Source: Hamiltosporidium tvaerminnensis FI-OER-3-3
Taxonomy: Eukaryota > Fungi > Microsporidia
Direction of reading: 5' to 3'
Assembly (NCBI GenBank): GCA_022605425.2
Contig: JAKIMF020000013.1
Coordinates: 1 to 64,000, forward strand
Length of the DNA stretch: 64,000 nt
Shown: positions 1 to 12,975 of the stretch, in pieces
Numbering within the stretch: position 1 is the first letter of the stretch
Layout: each line of letters begins with the position of its first letter
The notes under the pieces: model-generated
What the model was told of the DNA's origin: nothing
What the model saw: only the letters and a program-made list of their open reading frames with translations
The model's database searches: none
Translations under genes and position numbers: made by a program

Positions 1-1060
1 AACACCCTATTGTTTTAGCAAATAGCATCCTGTTATTAAAAAGTCAATATTATGATTTTTTAGACCCTGTTATAATTTATTTTAGTTAACAAGAGTTCAG
101 TTTGTATATTCATATTATGTTCTATAACACCCTGTTAAATAGCCTATAAATGTCTTAGTCGGTAACACTGTGTTTAATTTTCCATACAAGTCTTAATTAC
201 ACAAAACCTATTAAATATCTATAAAAGTACCAAATTATAACACCTTTTTACAATTATAAAAATATAATTCAATTAAAACCCTATAGAAAATAGAATAGTT
301 CATGAACTAACTCCTTTAATTTATCAATATAATTTTTTATGATATTAACACCCCATAATTTTTTTTTCCATGATTAAATCCCTAAATTTAAAATCTATTC
401 TTATACTTTCTTTTGTGTCTATATCCTTTCATATCTATTTTTATAACATATCTACTGTTAACACCCCTTTATATATCTAATTAGATTATTATTGTTCATT
501 CATTCATCCTTGGCACTACAGCCCTGCGCGAGCCTTGGCCTCCCATAGTAAACCGCCCACTGGTCTTTTTCCAGTGGGTTTGTTTTCTTATCTAGTTTTG
601 TAATAAGGTTGTTATAAGGGTGGGTTTTTTGGCCCTACGCCCAACCCTAACATGAAGGATCAGTCCCTTTTAGTCGCCTCTTGCGAAAGCAGAGAATACT
701 CCAGGCCAATTCTGCTCCAGACATGGTGGGGAAAGAATATTATTGTTTCTACCTGTCACGGAATGCTTATTACTTAAGAGCACTAAATATTTCAACCCCA
801 TAATCTTTACAACCTTATTAAATCTTTCTAATTATATTCAGATAATTAACACCCTATAGATATATCAAAAACAATATCACTCTTCATCAACTAGTAATGT
901 TGATAACAGTCTTATAATTACTACTCTTATCATTAATACCCTTTTTCAATCACTATCAACTTAATACATTTTTTTAATAAGACTTGTTTATTACTATTCT
1001 TATAATTCTGCGTTAATTATTAACACCCTTGTAATTACTACCCATTAATAAACACCTTTT
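1..1060. repeat. Region enriched in a strand-biased (T)AACACCC motif
   Basis: (T)AACACCC at 1, 125, 346, 459, 847 and 1021, plus variants TAACACC (238), TAATACCC (934) and AACACC (1051). All are C-rich on the + strand; the motif is rare in the rest of the window. Confidence 0.6.
497..733 (-). mobile_element. Short non-autonomous retroelement (SINE-like, RTE-clade-type 5' and 3' ends) with target-site duplication
   Basis: GC-rich island. Flanking direct repeat agattattattgtt (483-496) / agaatattattgtt (734-747). Minus-strand 3' end GGAGGCCAAGGCTCGCGCAGGGCTGTAGTGCCAAGGA followed by a (TGAA)n tail. Minus-strand 5' part has TCGCAAGAGGCGACTAAAAGGG and GGGTTGGGCGTAGGGCC, motifs I recognise from arthropod RTE/RTEX-type elements. 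No ORF. Confidence 0.75.
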
Positions 1061-4000
1061 AACTATTTTTTCTTCTTACTTTCTTATTATTTTAAATTCA
1101 ATGATAAACATAAACCTTTATGTGTCAACAAATACAAAAACAATATCAATTAACAAAATATACAATTTTTTTATAGAAATACCAAATTATCGAATTTTAC
1201 TCAATTGATTTTATTCTTCGTCAATGAAAATAGAAATAAAACTAGATTATTTTCTAAATTATATCCTAAAATCCTTAATTTCTTGTTTGATAAAAAAAAT
1301 AACTGTTGTATTTAATTTGCCTTGTAACATTTATTCTGATTTTTTTAATTAATGCAAAACAAATCTGTAAAATATTAGAAGAATTGTTTTTAGATTTGGT
1401 TTCTATGTATTTTTGCTTTTCTAATAATGCTTTTTACACAAAACAATTTTTTCTTAATTTTTTTTGTATAAATCTATTTTTTCGATATATTTTTTATTCC
1501 ATTATTCTTAGGACGAGTCTTTTTTAGTTTATTATCTTTAAAAAAAAAGAATTATTGATTGTGAATAAATTAAAGGACTGTTCCTTAGAATTAATAGGTT
1601 TTATTACGCAATTTTATTTTTCTATATTTATATGGTTAAAATTATTTACAAAAGGAAAATGTGTCTTAAAATTATATTATCATTCGTTAAACAAAAGAGT
1701 TTAAGAATTACAGAAGTTAAAAAATTAAATATAGTTTCCTATCGTGCAATATAAAAATTCTTCTAATTTAGCTTTTTTACGCTTGTTTTATATATCTAAA
1801 GAAATTTATATGGTAATTGGATTTATATCGGACACGTTTTATATATTAAGTAAATTTCTTTTTGTAACAATAATAAAATATCTTTTAAAGGAGGGAATAG
1901 AATATGTTATCTATCTATTTTTATAATAATGTACTGCTGAATAATTCATTTAAAAATATGGCAATACATACTTCCGCTATTCAAATTTTCAAGCATGAGA
2001 GATCAAATTGAAATAGGTCTTTTAAGTTACTGGTTACAAAAATATTTATAAATGAAAAAAATATGGCTACTAAATGATTTCAAAGAAAAAAAATATTTTC
2101 GAAATTTGTTTTAAAAATTTAAAATAAGGGTAAAAATTCAGTAATAGTTAAGTAAATATAAAAATAAATTAAAATCATCAAAGAACATACAGAAAATCTT
2201 TTTTAGTTTCCATTATCACTGATTTTTTTACTAAATAAATTAGGAATTATTTATCTAATGGATAGAATTTAACATATTTACAGTTTTCAAAGAAACTACT
2301 TTTATACAAATTATGTTCATAATTTATTTAAAAATATAACTTTGTATGTTTTTACTCCTTTTCTCATGGTTATTCAATTGCAGTGAATTGATATGTTTGC
2401 AAAACTATTTGCCTGATTGTATCTATTTTCTTTTAAATTATACAAAAAAAAGTAATTTTTAGCAAATTCTTAAAATTTTTATTTTCAAGAAATATTTTTT
2501 ATCAATAATAAAGCTTGTTATAATTTTGAACAACTTATTAATTCTCTTCAAGTTCGAAAAAAGATTAATATAGTAGAAGAGGTTATATAAGATTTTAGAA
2601 TTGTGTACGAACTTTTTTTATATTTAATGTTTTAATCTATTTTTTTAATATTCCTAAAAATCTCGAATTGTATTGTATTTCTGGTATTTTTCTACTTAAA
2701 ATATTCATGTTAATACTGAACTTAAATCTATTATGATATTTTGCTAGAACAATCTTAAAAAAGTAGTTTAGATATTATTAAAATAAAAAATTTTAATGTT
2801 AGATAAGTGAGGAATAATATAGAAAACCATATTTTAAATCAATAATACAACGATCTCTTATTTATTTGTATCGTTTGTATTTAGAATGCAATTCTCTTTG
2901 AAATTATTCAAATTAAAATTTAAATTTTTTTTATTTATATTCTATAGTCCCTTTCAAGTAATTTATCAATAATAGTTAAGATAAATTTTTGAATTTGTAA
3001 TAATTTATCCTAAATTTTAAATATATTTATATGATTTTTTTCGGGTAAGCCGACTCTTGTGTATTCTAAAATAATTTATTTATGTACTCTTGGTATTCTT
3101 AGCTCTAGAATATCATAGCTAAATTTCTCTGTATCTATTTTAATGAAGTGCTGTAATAATTTTAAAAAGCAGTTTGTAAATTTCTCTTTATTTGTTTCAA
3201 ACGTTCTATTATGTAATAATACCAAAAAATAGCAAATTAATTTGATATTCTACAAAAATATGTCGTGAGGTATGTAGAAGTACACTTTTATTTGTTTTCT
3301 TCTTTTCCAATCATCCAAAAATCTATAAAAATAGAAGATTTAACACTATTCTAAAACTTTTACTAAATAATTAGAGTTTGTTCAAATTCGAAATTTATTT
3401 TTATAAAAACCTATTTATCATATAAAGATTTAGATATTTGAAAGACTCAATAATACTCATTAATTTATCTAGATATATTCACGAAATATTAGATTATATT
3501 ATGACCAAAGACTTATTCCTGTTTATAATAATCTTATAAATTAGCATTAATTTAAAAATTTTAATTTGTTTGATTAGATGGATACCAGAAAATTTATTTT
3601 AAAACAATTTTTATTTAAATTGAATTATATAAATTCTATACTGGTCTTAAAAAACGTCAAGTTACATTAAATTCTATATATATTTTGCTCAATTGGGCGT
3701 TTATTTCTTAGGTTTTCAAGAACGAAGAGGTTCACTTGATAGTAGTTAAATTTTTTATCATTGGATGCATAAATATGCTTTTGAAAATTTTTCTTTTGTA
3801 ATTAAATATGTTGAGATTATAACTATATATTTATAAATATCATATGGATAATTTAAAACGCTCAAAAAATAGTATGAAATAAAGCTGATTCTATCAACGT
3901 CATTTTTAATTAATATTTCATATCAAATATGAGATTTATGTTTGGAAACGTATAAATTTGAAATATTTCTCAAATAGATAGATTTTTACCTTTAGATTAA

Positions 4001-7000
4001 TAATATATACAGAAAATCTTTATATAAAAACTGGAACAGAAAAAAGAAATTTAATTTGATTTAGTCCCCACCCTACTGCTTTTGAATGTAATTTTTAGAA
4101 TTTCTTCTATGACGATATGGCACACGTTTTCTTAAGTTTTCTTTTGACTTTCAGCAAAGTTTTTTAAAATTTTTTCAATGAATGCGATATTATGTTTTAA
4201 ATAAATTTAACAGAAACACCTGTAGTTTTTTATAGTTATGTCAAAATAAAATAATTATAGGTCGAATGTACAATATATATAATTATAAAATATTCTATGT
4301 TAAAATTTGATTACGAACAGCTTGTAAATTATATTTAGAGTATAAGTAAGCTATAAAGTTTTTTCTTTTAACTTAACAATTTTTTTATAAACTATATTTT
4401 AAATTTCTCTTTAAATAATCTAAGAAACTACTTAGTTATATAGTTACATAATACTGGATAAATAATATTTTAGTTGTATAATGACCTTTATACATAAGAA
4501 TAATGCAATCGGTAAAAAGATATTACAGAAACAAAGAAAATATGCAAATCTTTATAAAAAAAGCTAAAATCGAACCTTTATTATTATGGTTATAAAGAAT
4601 GTATGAAGGTTTTATAAGCGCCAATATAAATAACATAAGCATATATAGCCTAAAAAATGATTTAATGCAATTTTATAACCATAAAATTATTTCTTGCTTG
4701 ACAATCTATCGTGTTTAGCACTAATACTTTTACTTATATTTATTAAACTGAATAAATCAAATCAATTTTAATTCATATATTTTTCATTCTCCAGATATAA
4801 CTAATGTTTCTACGCCAATGCAATAAAGTATGATTCTGCAGATAAAATCAAATATCCATGAATTTCTCACGAAAAGTAGAGTTTACTTTGTTTTAATATG
4901 TAAATTATCGCTTTAGGATATACTATATTACTGATACTCGGCAATTTTATATTTCTAAAAGTTTTTTTATTGTAAGTATATGTCTTTGGCTTGTATGTAT
5001 TATTATTTTCCCAAAAAAACAAGCTCTCTGTATTCCTTACTATAGGTTAAGGCTAATTTTGCAACTATATCGCTAATATTATAATCCTTTAATATGCATT
5101 CATTTACCCTGGGATGTTTTTATGCGTATTGATTATTCCGACGACACATTGTTTAATTTTTTAAATTTAATCCGTTGTCTAATATTAATATAATTCTGAT
5201 GTTTGTGTATTCTAAATAGTTATTATAGTTTTAAAAAAAGCTTTTTATGGATAGGAATTGATATTTAATGTTCTTACCGGGCCGTATTTAGATTTTTGAT
5301 ACATGCCAATTCCCTTTTTTTTTAAATATAAAATTAAAGCCTCTTATAATATATTTATAACTCTAAAAGTTCTATATTGTCTTTTTATATTTAAAAAATA
5401 ATTTTCTATCTTTTTTGAGATCGAGTAAGTCTTTAATTTATAACTCTATAATGGCTGTAACAAAGCTTTCGTTTATTCTGCATGATTTTTTTGCGTTTAA
5501 AACTTTAATTATAAATATAATCAAGTATGTAAAATCAAATTGATTCGAAATATCGTTACATTGTATTTTTATTTTACGCTTTGGCAGATATAGACAACTT
5601 GATGTTCTTTTCTTATCTCAGCACAAATATATTTTCGAATTGATAAATTTTATGTTTATATCTGGTATAAGATGAGAGAAAAATAGGGTTGGAATACTAT
5701 ATTTATGTTGAAGTCTAAAGTTTTGCAAATAAGTAATATTTTCTACAAATCCATTTTACTATTTATAATACATTTATAAAAAGTATCTATTCCGTACAAT
5801 ATTAAAAATTTATAAAAATTTGGATAAAATATGATCAGAGAATATATTTTTTTCTACATGCTGGTAGATTATATCTAGATTTTCTGTATAATAAAAATTC
5901 TTAAGTTGCTATTTTTTTATTAGTTATATAGCTTTGAAATGAGTGCGACAATTTTTGAGCTTAGTATATTAACTTCCCAAACTAGATTCCTCAATGAGCA
6001 AAATGCATATGTGTGATATTCTAACATAATAGAACTCGGTTGAAAAGAAGTTTCGCTATGCATTATTACATATTTTTTAAGTAGAAAACACGGAAAGAGC
6101 TTTCTACTTTTTAATATCCAACAAATATACTATTTTGTATCTTAGTTTATTTCTAAGGAAATGAAATATATATTTTAATAGGCTGAGCTGACTATTTTAT
6201 TTATAACTTCTTGAAATCATTACTACAAATGCCTCGTATATAACCGTGGTTTAAATCGTTTTAAATTTTTGATTGACAGATCGACCAGATGAAGCTTAAT
6301 GAAATATATTAATTCTACAAAAATGAAAATCATTTATTCGGAATTTGGAGTGTAAACTAAAACAATCTGTCTCAATTTACGCAATTATATCTATGAATAG
6401 CAATTTTCATACTTTTTTCACGGATTTTCTTTTTTCAATTTTAACTTTTTTTGTCACTATAAAGTCAATGGATGTTAAAAGATCTTATAAAAATTCTATT
6501 TTAAGAATCTAAAAGATTTGTAGATTCTTAAAAAAAATTACTCATTCTGTAAAAGAAAATTATCTAATTTTTTAAATAACTTTCTGGTTTTATATGAAGA
6601 TTGAGTAAGACATGGTGAATCATACTATTTCTGCTAAGTAGTTTTTTAAAATATTCATTTCAAATGTTAGCAAATTTAAGTTTCTTTTGCCTTTTAAAAT
6701 TTAGTTTATGTACGAATTACAAATAAATTTTTTTGAGAATGAATCAGACTACATTTGTACAACTGGAACTAAATAAAAGAATTATTAAAATCAGGAAAAT
6801 ATTAAAAAATTTTACATTCAAATTACTTTTCTGAGATTATAATTACTTTTTGAAATTCGCTTTGAATAAATTGAAGAGGAAACAAAAGAAGTAAATATAT
6901 TAACTAAAATGTGATTTTTTTTAGCTTTTATTGACCCAGGATTTTATAGCAAAACCCAAATTGTTGTTCACAAATAACATAGATAAGTCTTAAAAATATA

Positions 7001-9101
7001 TCTAGATAATTATAAGGAACAATTTTACATAAAAATTGTACTTGAAAGCTCCAATTCAAATTTGTGTTTCCGCAAACTAAATAATTTGTCGTTAACTTTT
7101 TTCTTATGTAGCATTCGAAATATTTGGGTAAAAACCTATCTTCCGAGGAAAATATAGATCGAAAATCTATGAATTTATTTCGTGAATACTTATTAAATAG
7201 AGAATGTTGAAAACAGATGGGGAAGTTTTGCATCAAACTTGGGATTTAGAAAATCTTGATCAAAAATATTGAGCTAAAAGAATACTACAAACATAAAACT
7301 TACAGACAGTGCAGATAATTCAAATAGACATTTGGACTAAATACTAAAAGCTCACCAGAAAATATCAGATTATAAAAAAATTCTGGTGTACCCTTTTGTA
7401 TCGGAAATATCTTTTGCTTCTTTACACATACAATTTCAAAATTTTACAGAACTAAGCTTTTTTACCGATTATATTATGTTCTAGGGTTTTTTAAGGTGGC
7501 TGAAAACACTTGGCTAAATTTCTCTTTGCACATTAAAACAATATTCAGATATAATTAAAAAGCTTAGGTAGATTGCGGTAATAAAGTTAATTTTAATTCA
7601 CTTACAATTTGATATGAAAAATTTATTTTTATATAAAAAAATTTGACTTTAAGTCTTTGTAAGAATTTAGTTTTAAGAAACACTAAATTTAGCATTTGTA
7701 TATTTAAAGTTAAAATACATCGATAAGGTTTTTAGCTGTCTTGTTGAATATTTTAGTTTACATTTCCAAAGCTTGAATTATCGTTCTATTGTCTTATTTA
7801 GGTGAATAAATTTAGATAAAATCTAAAATGATAAAAAAAATATCTTTTTATACATTTTTTTGTAATTAAGCCACAAGATACACCGTGAAACAAAATTATT
7901 GGACGATTCTTAATTACGGAATTTACACATAGGATTTGGATGGAAGGAATTTGAATGTAGCTTTTTGAATACATATACTTCAGTGGTTTCGGTTTAAAGA
8001 TTAAAATTAAGGTTTGAAAATTATTTGTACTGTCAACCTAAAAGTTATTTACAGTTTGTTTCAAACTCAGGTTCGAATATTATCTTAACTTAATCTGTTT
8101 CAATGAAGTTAAATTTATTTTTTACTATTTTTTCTAAAAGCGTTTATTCTTTTTTCATAGCATACGAAATAAAATTAAATCTAGTGAATTTAGAAAAAAA
8201 TATTGTAGCAAAACAAAGGTATTTCTTAATTGAACGCTTAGGGAATAATGTTTAATTTTTTTTACACCCGAAATGTGTTTTGTTTTAGAATCTACATGTG
8301 GTAAAAAAAACTATCTTTTTCCAACAAATTTTAAAATTTAGTTAAATTTCGTAAATAATATACAATATTTTACAACTTCCCTAATTTCTTTGTTATATTT
8401 ATATTAAAAATCTTCAAATAGCTAAAATAACTTAGCCCGACGATAATTAAACGTTCAAAAGAAACATAATAGTGATTTGATATCGGTAAAATGTAAATAT
8501 AAGATTTTGATTTTCAATCTCTTACATTCATCTATTTAATTGTGTAAATTTTATTTGTTTATCAATTAAATATTCTATCAAAGCAATTTCAATGTAAATT
8601 TTATTTTTAAAATTAAACGAATATCTGTTTAAGTTAAGTAGTTTTTGCTTTATTTTTTAATTAAAACCTTAAAAAAGTATATCTTACCATGCTTTCTATT
8701 TCTTAAATATAAACTTTTTTGTAAATTGTTCTTATTTCAGTTCATTTGAAGAGCTAAAACATTTTTTGTATTTATAAAAATCTTAAATAATTGCTATCAG
8801 ATTTAAATTAACAAATATTGTTTTAAGACCTCATTCAAGCAAAACACTGAGCAAATGGTAGAAAAAATGAATCATTTTCTAAAGTTACACGTAATCATTA
8901 CATATTAAAAGGATTCTTTGTATATGTTTAAATGCTTGCAATATATTTAATTTTTTAATAGATTTTTGTTTTAAGGAGTCAGAAAGAAATATCTTTTTTA
9001 TGAATTAACACTTTGAAAGATATGAACAGTTAAATATTTTTTATCAAAAAAATATCACATACCGATAAAAATTTGTGGTTAGTGTTTATTTATTTCATGA
9101 C

Positions 9102-9742
9102 ATTAATGTAGTTCTAAGCTTAACATAAATATCTGCACCCTCCCTCCAACACTCCATTGTTATCGCTTAACATACCTCATACCAAAACCTTTTATTTAAA
9201 AGATGAGCAGAATACAATTAATGGGTGAGACAGTTGACCGGTGTTCATTAACGTCCGTTGCAGAGACGTGATCACAGCTCCCCCTAAGCTCCCCTAAGAC
9301 TATGCAGCATCCCCAGTTATTCTACACTTTCCGAACTCAATACATTTCTACCCAAGACATATATTTCGCTTGACTTACGTTGGGTCACCCTAGACAGTGC
9401 AATGCCATTCCAACGGGTATCACCTATTACTTACCTTTCCCGGGTTTAAATGGTTTATTCTTTGCCAGGCGATAAGTTTTTTAAGCGGAATGAACAAGGC
9501 TAGATTTTCATGCTTCTACTGACAATTATCTATAAATTCGTCTCTGATTTAATTCCATAAAACACTACAGAGTAAATTTGCAAAAATAATGTGCAATTTC
9601 GGCAATTTTCTTCATATAGAGTCTCACGGAATAACCGAAAATGTAGTCTGATTTTATTCTTATCAAAAAATCCAAACAATGATCTTTGCCTCAATTCCAC
9701 AAACTCATCGCCAAGCAGAAAGTCTTCTATATGGTTATCCTC
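9102..9742. repeat. Dispersed ~650-bp family, copy 1 (decayed)
   Basis: Colinear with 20708-21362: ttaatgtagttctaagcttaacataaatat vs ttaacgcagttctaggttaaacataaatat; tctacactttccgaact vs tctacactttctgaact; caaggctag vs caaggctaa; caaaaaatccaaacaatgat vs caaaaattcaaataatgat. Confidence 0.8.
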
Positions 9743-9876
9743 TTTTCATCAATATTTTTATTTAAAATTATTATTTTGCTCGCTTTACTCTTCAAACATA
9801 TTTTTTACACAATTTTTTTCAATTTTAATTTCGTAATTTATTTTCACAAATTATTTTTTTTTTCATCCATTTAAAA

Positions 9877-10182
9877 ATGGAATTAGAAGAAAACAAAACA
9901 GAGCTCTTTAAAGAATTTATAAAAGTAGCATCTTCTTCAGAAATTTTAAGATATGCAAGAAAATTAAATAACGAAGAATTAAAATCATTTATTCAAATCC
10001 TAGAAGAACGCAACAATGAACTTAAAAATAAGCATTCTAGTCTTCTAGAAAATTTGGAAGTTTCAAAAAATGTAGTTTCGCAATATTTAAAAGTTCTTTG
10101 GAGAAGAGTACCAACAGAAATTCATAAATATTTGGCAGATAAATTTTATTCTATTCATAATGAAATTAATGACAATGCTTAA
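9877..10182 (+). CDS. Hypothetical protein, 101 aa, predicted helical/coiled-coil
   Basis: ATG-started ORF with hydrophilic E/K-rich composition unlike the surrounding spurious ORFs. No family recognised. Confidence 0.6.
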   Translation: MELEENKTELFKEFIKVASSSEILRYARKLNNEELKSFIQILEERNNELKNKHSSLLENLEVSKNVVSQYLKVLWRRVPTEIHKYLADKFYSIHNEINDNA

Positions 10183-11067
10183 AGATTTGTTTTTTTTTCC
10201 TTTGCTATTTCTAGAAAAATATTTGAAATATGCCAAGATAAAATGGCTTATAAAAAATTAATAGGATTTCTTTTATCAAACCTCAGTTAAATTTTAAATT
10301 GTAACTCCTTTCACTTTTATTCAGTTTTTGTTTAAATAATAAACTAACTTTTTACGCTACTGCATATATTATTGAATTATAATTTTGAATTCATGATAAA
10401 AACTTTAAATTCCAAATATTTATAAATTATATTCTTGTTTAAATTTTTTTATTTATTATATGAGAAATTAAACCGATTATTTAATTTTTAATACTTATTT
10501 ATTCAGATGTATCTTATATTTTGCTTATTTTCTTCTTTTTTTTATATTCGACTTTCAAATATATTAAATTTTTTATATTGTTATCCTGAGTAACTTTACA
10601 GTCCTCTTAACTAATACAAATGGGTTAGATATTTTACTTTGAGTTTTCAGCATATTCTTCCTATTTTGTCATTTTATGGGAAAAGATAGTTTTTATTCAG
10701 CCATTCTGATCGTTTTATCACACGACATAATGTTTCACCTAATATGTAAATAAATTCAGTTTCGACACCAATATTTTTATATAAATATAAAATTCTATTC
10801 TTATGGAGTAAAGAGCTTTATTTGTACTCAAAATTTAATATTTAGTTACAATACCATCCTTAGATAATAAAATATAATTTGTTAAACACTACATTTATAA
10901 ATAAGACCTAACTAATTATTCAAGAAGTTAAAATTAAATAATAAAACATTTCAGTATTGATTCAAGGACTGTAGACTTTCTTTTTAATTTTTTTTTTTCA
11001 AAAGAAGAATTTAAATTTATTTAATTTCAAACAAAATATTTAAAAAATTATAAAACATTTCTTTATT

Positions 11068-11643
11068 TTAAGGTCTTACTCCTTTCTTAAGAACAAAAAA
11101 TGATTTTACTACTCTAAGTTTTATATAAGCCACTAAAATATATAAAAGAGCAATAACGAATAGAAAATAAGCTTTAAATTTTGCTTTTTTAAGATTTCTT
11201 AAATTTTCTTCTTTAATTTCTTTTATTCTCATATTTTGATTATAAATATTTCTTAAATCACTTTTAAGTTTTTCTAAAATACTTTTAATATAAGCTGTAT
11301 CTTCATCTACCTCAAATTCTTTATCTACATATGAACCCAACACCATATATATTGGTTCATCATCAGGATTAAATATATCAATAGCATATGGACCAGCACC
11401 TGAATATTTAAGGATAGCACTTCCACGCGTGGCTGTCTTAAAATCTTTATCAGCTAATACCACATTTGGTCTTCTGACACGATAATTTAGAGTTCCTTTT
11501 GAAATAAGACTCATATCAATTGTTAGTTGTAAATCATCGCTTTTTACTTGTTCGTAAAATGTTTCTGTGGTTTTTGGATCAATAATAATGTAATTTCTCC
11601 AACAAAAACAATATTCAATCAAAAATAAGAAAAAGAGTTTCAT
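11068..11643 (-). CDS. emp24/gp25L/p24 family (GOLD-domain) cargo receptor
   Basis: 191 aa: N-terminal signal peptide, beta-rich region with GPYAIDIFNP, coiled coil, C-terminal TM helix and cytosolic tail KSFFVLKKGVRP (FF plus dibasic motif typical of p24). CCC upstream of ATG. Confidence 0.8.
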   Translation of the reverse strand: MKLFFLFLIEYCFCWRNYIIIDPKTTETFYEQVKSDDLQLTIDMSLISKGTLNYRVRRPNVVLADKDFKTATRGSAILKYSGAGPYAIDIFNPDDEPIYMVLGSYVDKEFEVDEDTAYIKSILEKLKSDLRNIYNQNMRIKEIKEENLRNLKKAKFKAYFLFVIALLYILVAYIKLRVVKSFFVLKKGVRP

Positions 11644-12203
11644 TTTTTATTTATGAAGGGTTGTTTTTGTTGGAGAAATTACATAAGTTTGAAGAATTAA
11701 AATAAAAAAGTGGGGGTTTTAGAAAAGTATTTGTAATATAAATATTTCTTAAGAAACTGAATATATGAAAAACATAAATCGAGGTAAACTTGTATTAAAT
11801 ACGAATGATATTTTATCATTTTTGAAAAATACTTGAAAAATATCAATTAGTTAATACAAAAGAAATTTAATTATCCTAATAAGAAAAGTAAAGCATATAA
11901 AATCTATATTGAAACATTTGATTTTAGTAAAAATATTTCGAATGCTTAGGGTAGCATAATTCATTATTCTGATTACCTTGGACATGAATCTTTAAAAATA
12001 TTTTATTTCAACTGGTAAATTATTCTTTCCCTTGTTTTATCATAAAAAAATTTTTATTTAATTTCCTGTTTTAAAGAATGATTTAAAAATTAATCAAGAT
12101 TGGTTAAACCTCAAGTGAAATAGAGATAAAATTACTTTTTGCTTTACAATTTATTTTTCTCTGTATAATTTGTAATATGGAAAGATGATAGCAAAATATT
12201 AAA

Positions 12204-12275
12204 GTCCATGTAGCTCAGGGGTAGAGCGGTGCTCTCCTAAAGCACAGGCCGAGGGTTCAATCCCCTTCATGGATA
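12204..12275 (+). tRNA. tRNA-Arg (anticodon CCT)
   Basis: Cloverleaf: acceptor GTCCATG/CATGGAT, D arm GCTC-AGGGGTA-GAGC, anticodon arm GTGCT-CT[CCT]AA-AGCAC, T arm GAGGG-TTCAATC-CCCTT. 72 nt, no intron, followed by a T-run. Confidence 0.95.
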
Positions 12276-12806
12276 TTTTATGCCAAGTATTACAAATCAG
12301 TGGGTATTTTGTAAATAATTCAATTGTCTAAGATATCAAATAAATTTTATTACATTTTTTTCAAAATATATTTTTACAAAGTGCAATCTGACCAAAAATG
12401 AGACATTTTTAAATTATTTTATTGTGAAAAAATATTATCTATTTCATTGACCATATAAACATTTAGAATTCTAAGAGTATATATTGGTGTTTTAAAATAA
12501 TGTATTGAAACTTTAATTGTATTTAAAAATGCGAAAAAAAAAATACTATTAAAAATCCCAATCTTTGTTTTTAAATTTGGATTTTATGATGAACAATTTA
12601 ATTACTTAATTTAAGAATTTATAGGTTTGGTTTTTAAATATTTATAAAAACATTCAGTATTAAATTGAAATGTAAAATTGTGTCAACTATATTTATTTGA
12701 GAATTACTTTCAGGTTTGAAGTAATTTTTATTTGGGATTTAATATTAACTATAACTTTAAATGTGGGGCTTAAAAAGATTTTATACTTTAACAGATACTT
12801 AAAATT

Positions 12807-12975
12807 TTTTTTAATATTCTATAAGAAAATAAAAAAAAAATTCGGTTTATTTTCCTTAAGATCAGCCAAATCTACAACACACACAGTTCCTTATAAACCG
12901 ACCCGGCTATATATAGCCACCATATCCGCAATCGGACTTCGGTTCTAGATTTTTTAATATTCTATAAGAAAATAA
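12807..12975. repeat. 26-bp direct repeats flanking a ~117-bp GC-enriched structured element
   Basis: ttttttaatattctataagaaaataa at 12807-12832 and 12950-12975. The intervening sequence has hairpins GGCTAT-AT-ATAGCC and TCCG-CAAT-CGGA and a TCGGTTTAT/ATAAACCGA stem. Confidence 0.7.

Noticed and set aside
1306-7236. Short ORFs 1306..1527, 1744..1926 and 6928..7236 as genes
   Set aside because: Non-ATG starts, F/I/L/K-rich composition expected from random AT-rich DNA, and no motifs. The same reasoning applies to most 60-100 aa track ORFs (e.g. 16226, 24763, 27472, 30210, 46376, 63432).
12697-12948. 83-aa ORF overlapping the structured element
   Set aside because: TTG start, runs through T and A homopolymers, no protein-like features.
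12833-12949. Assignment of the structured element to U2, U4, U6, RNase P or telomerase RNA
   Set aside because: Only fragments resemble these RNAs (TTTGGCTGATC, AAGATCAGC, ACCCGGCTAT, a CA-rich run). The required partner motifs (GTAGTA, ACAGAGA, k-turn, complete P4 pairing) are absent. Kept as an orphan.
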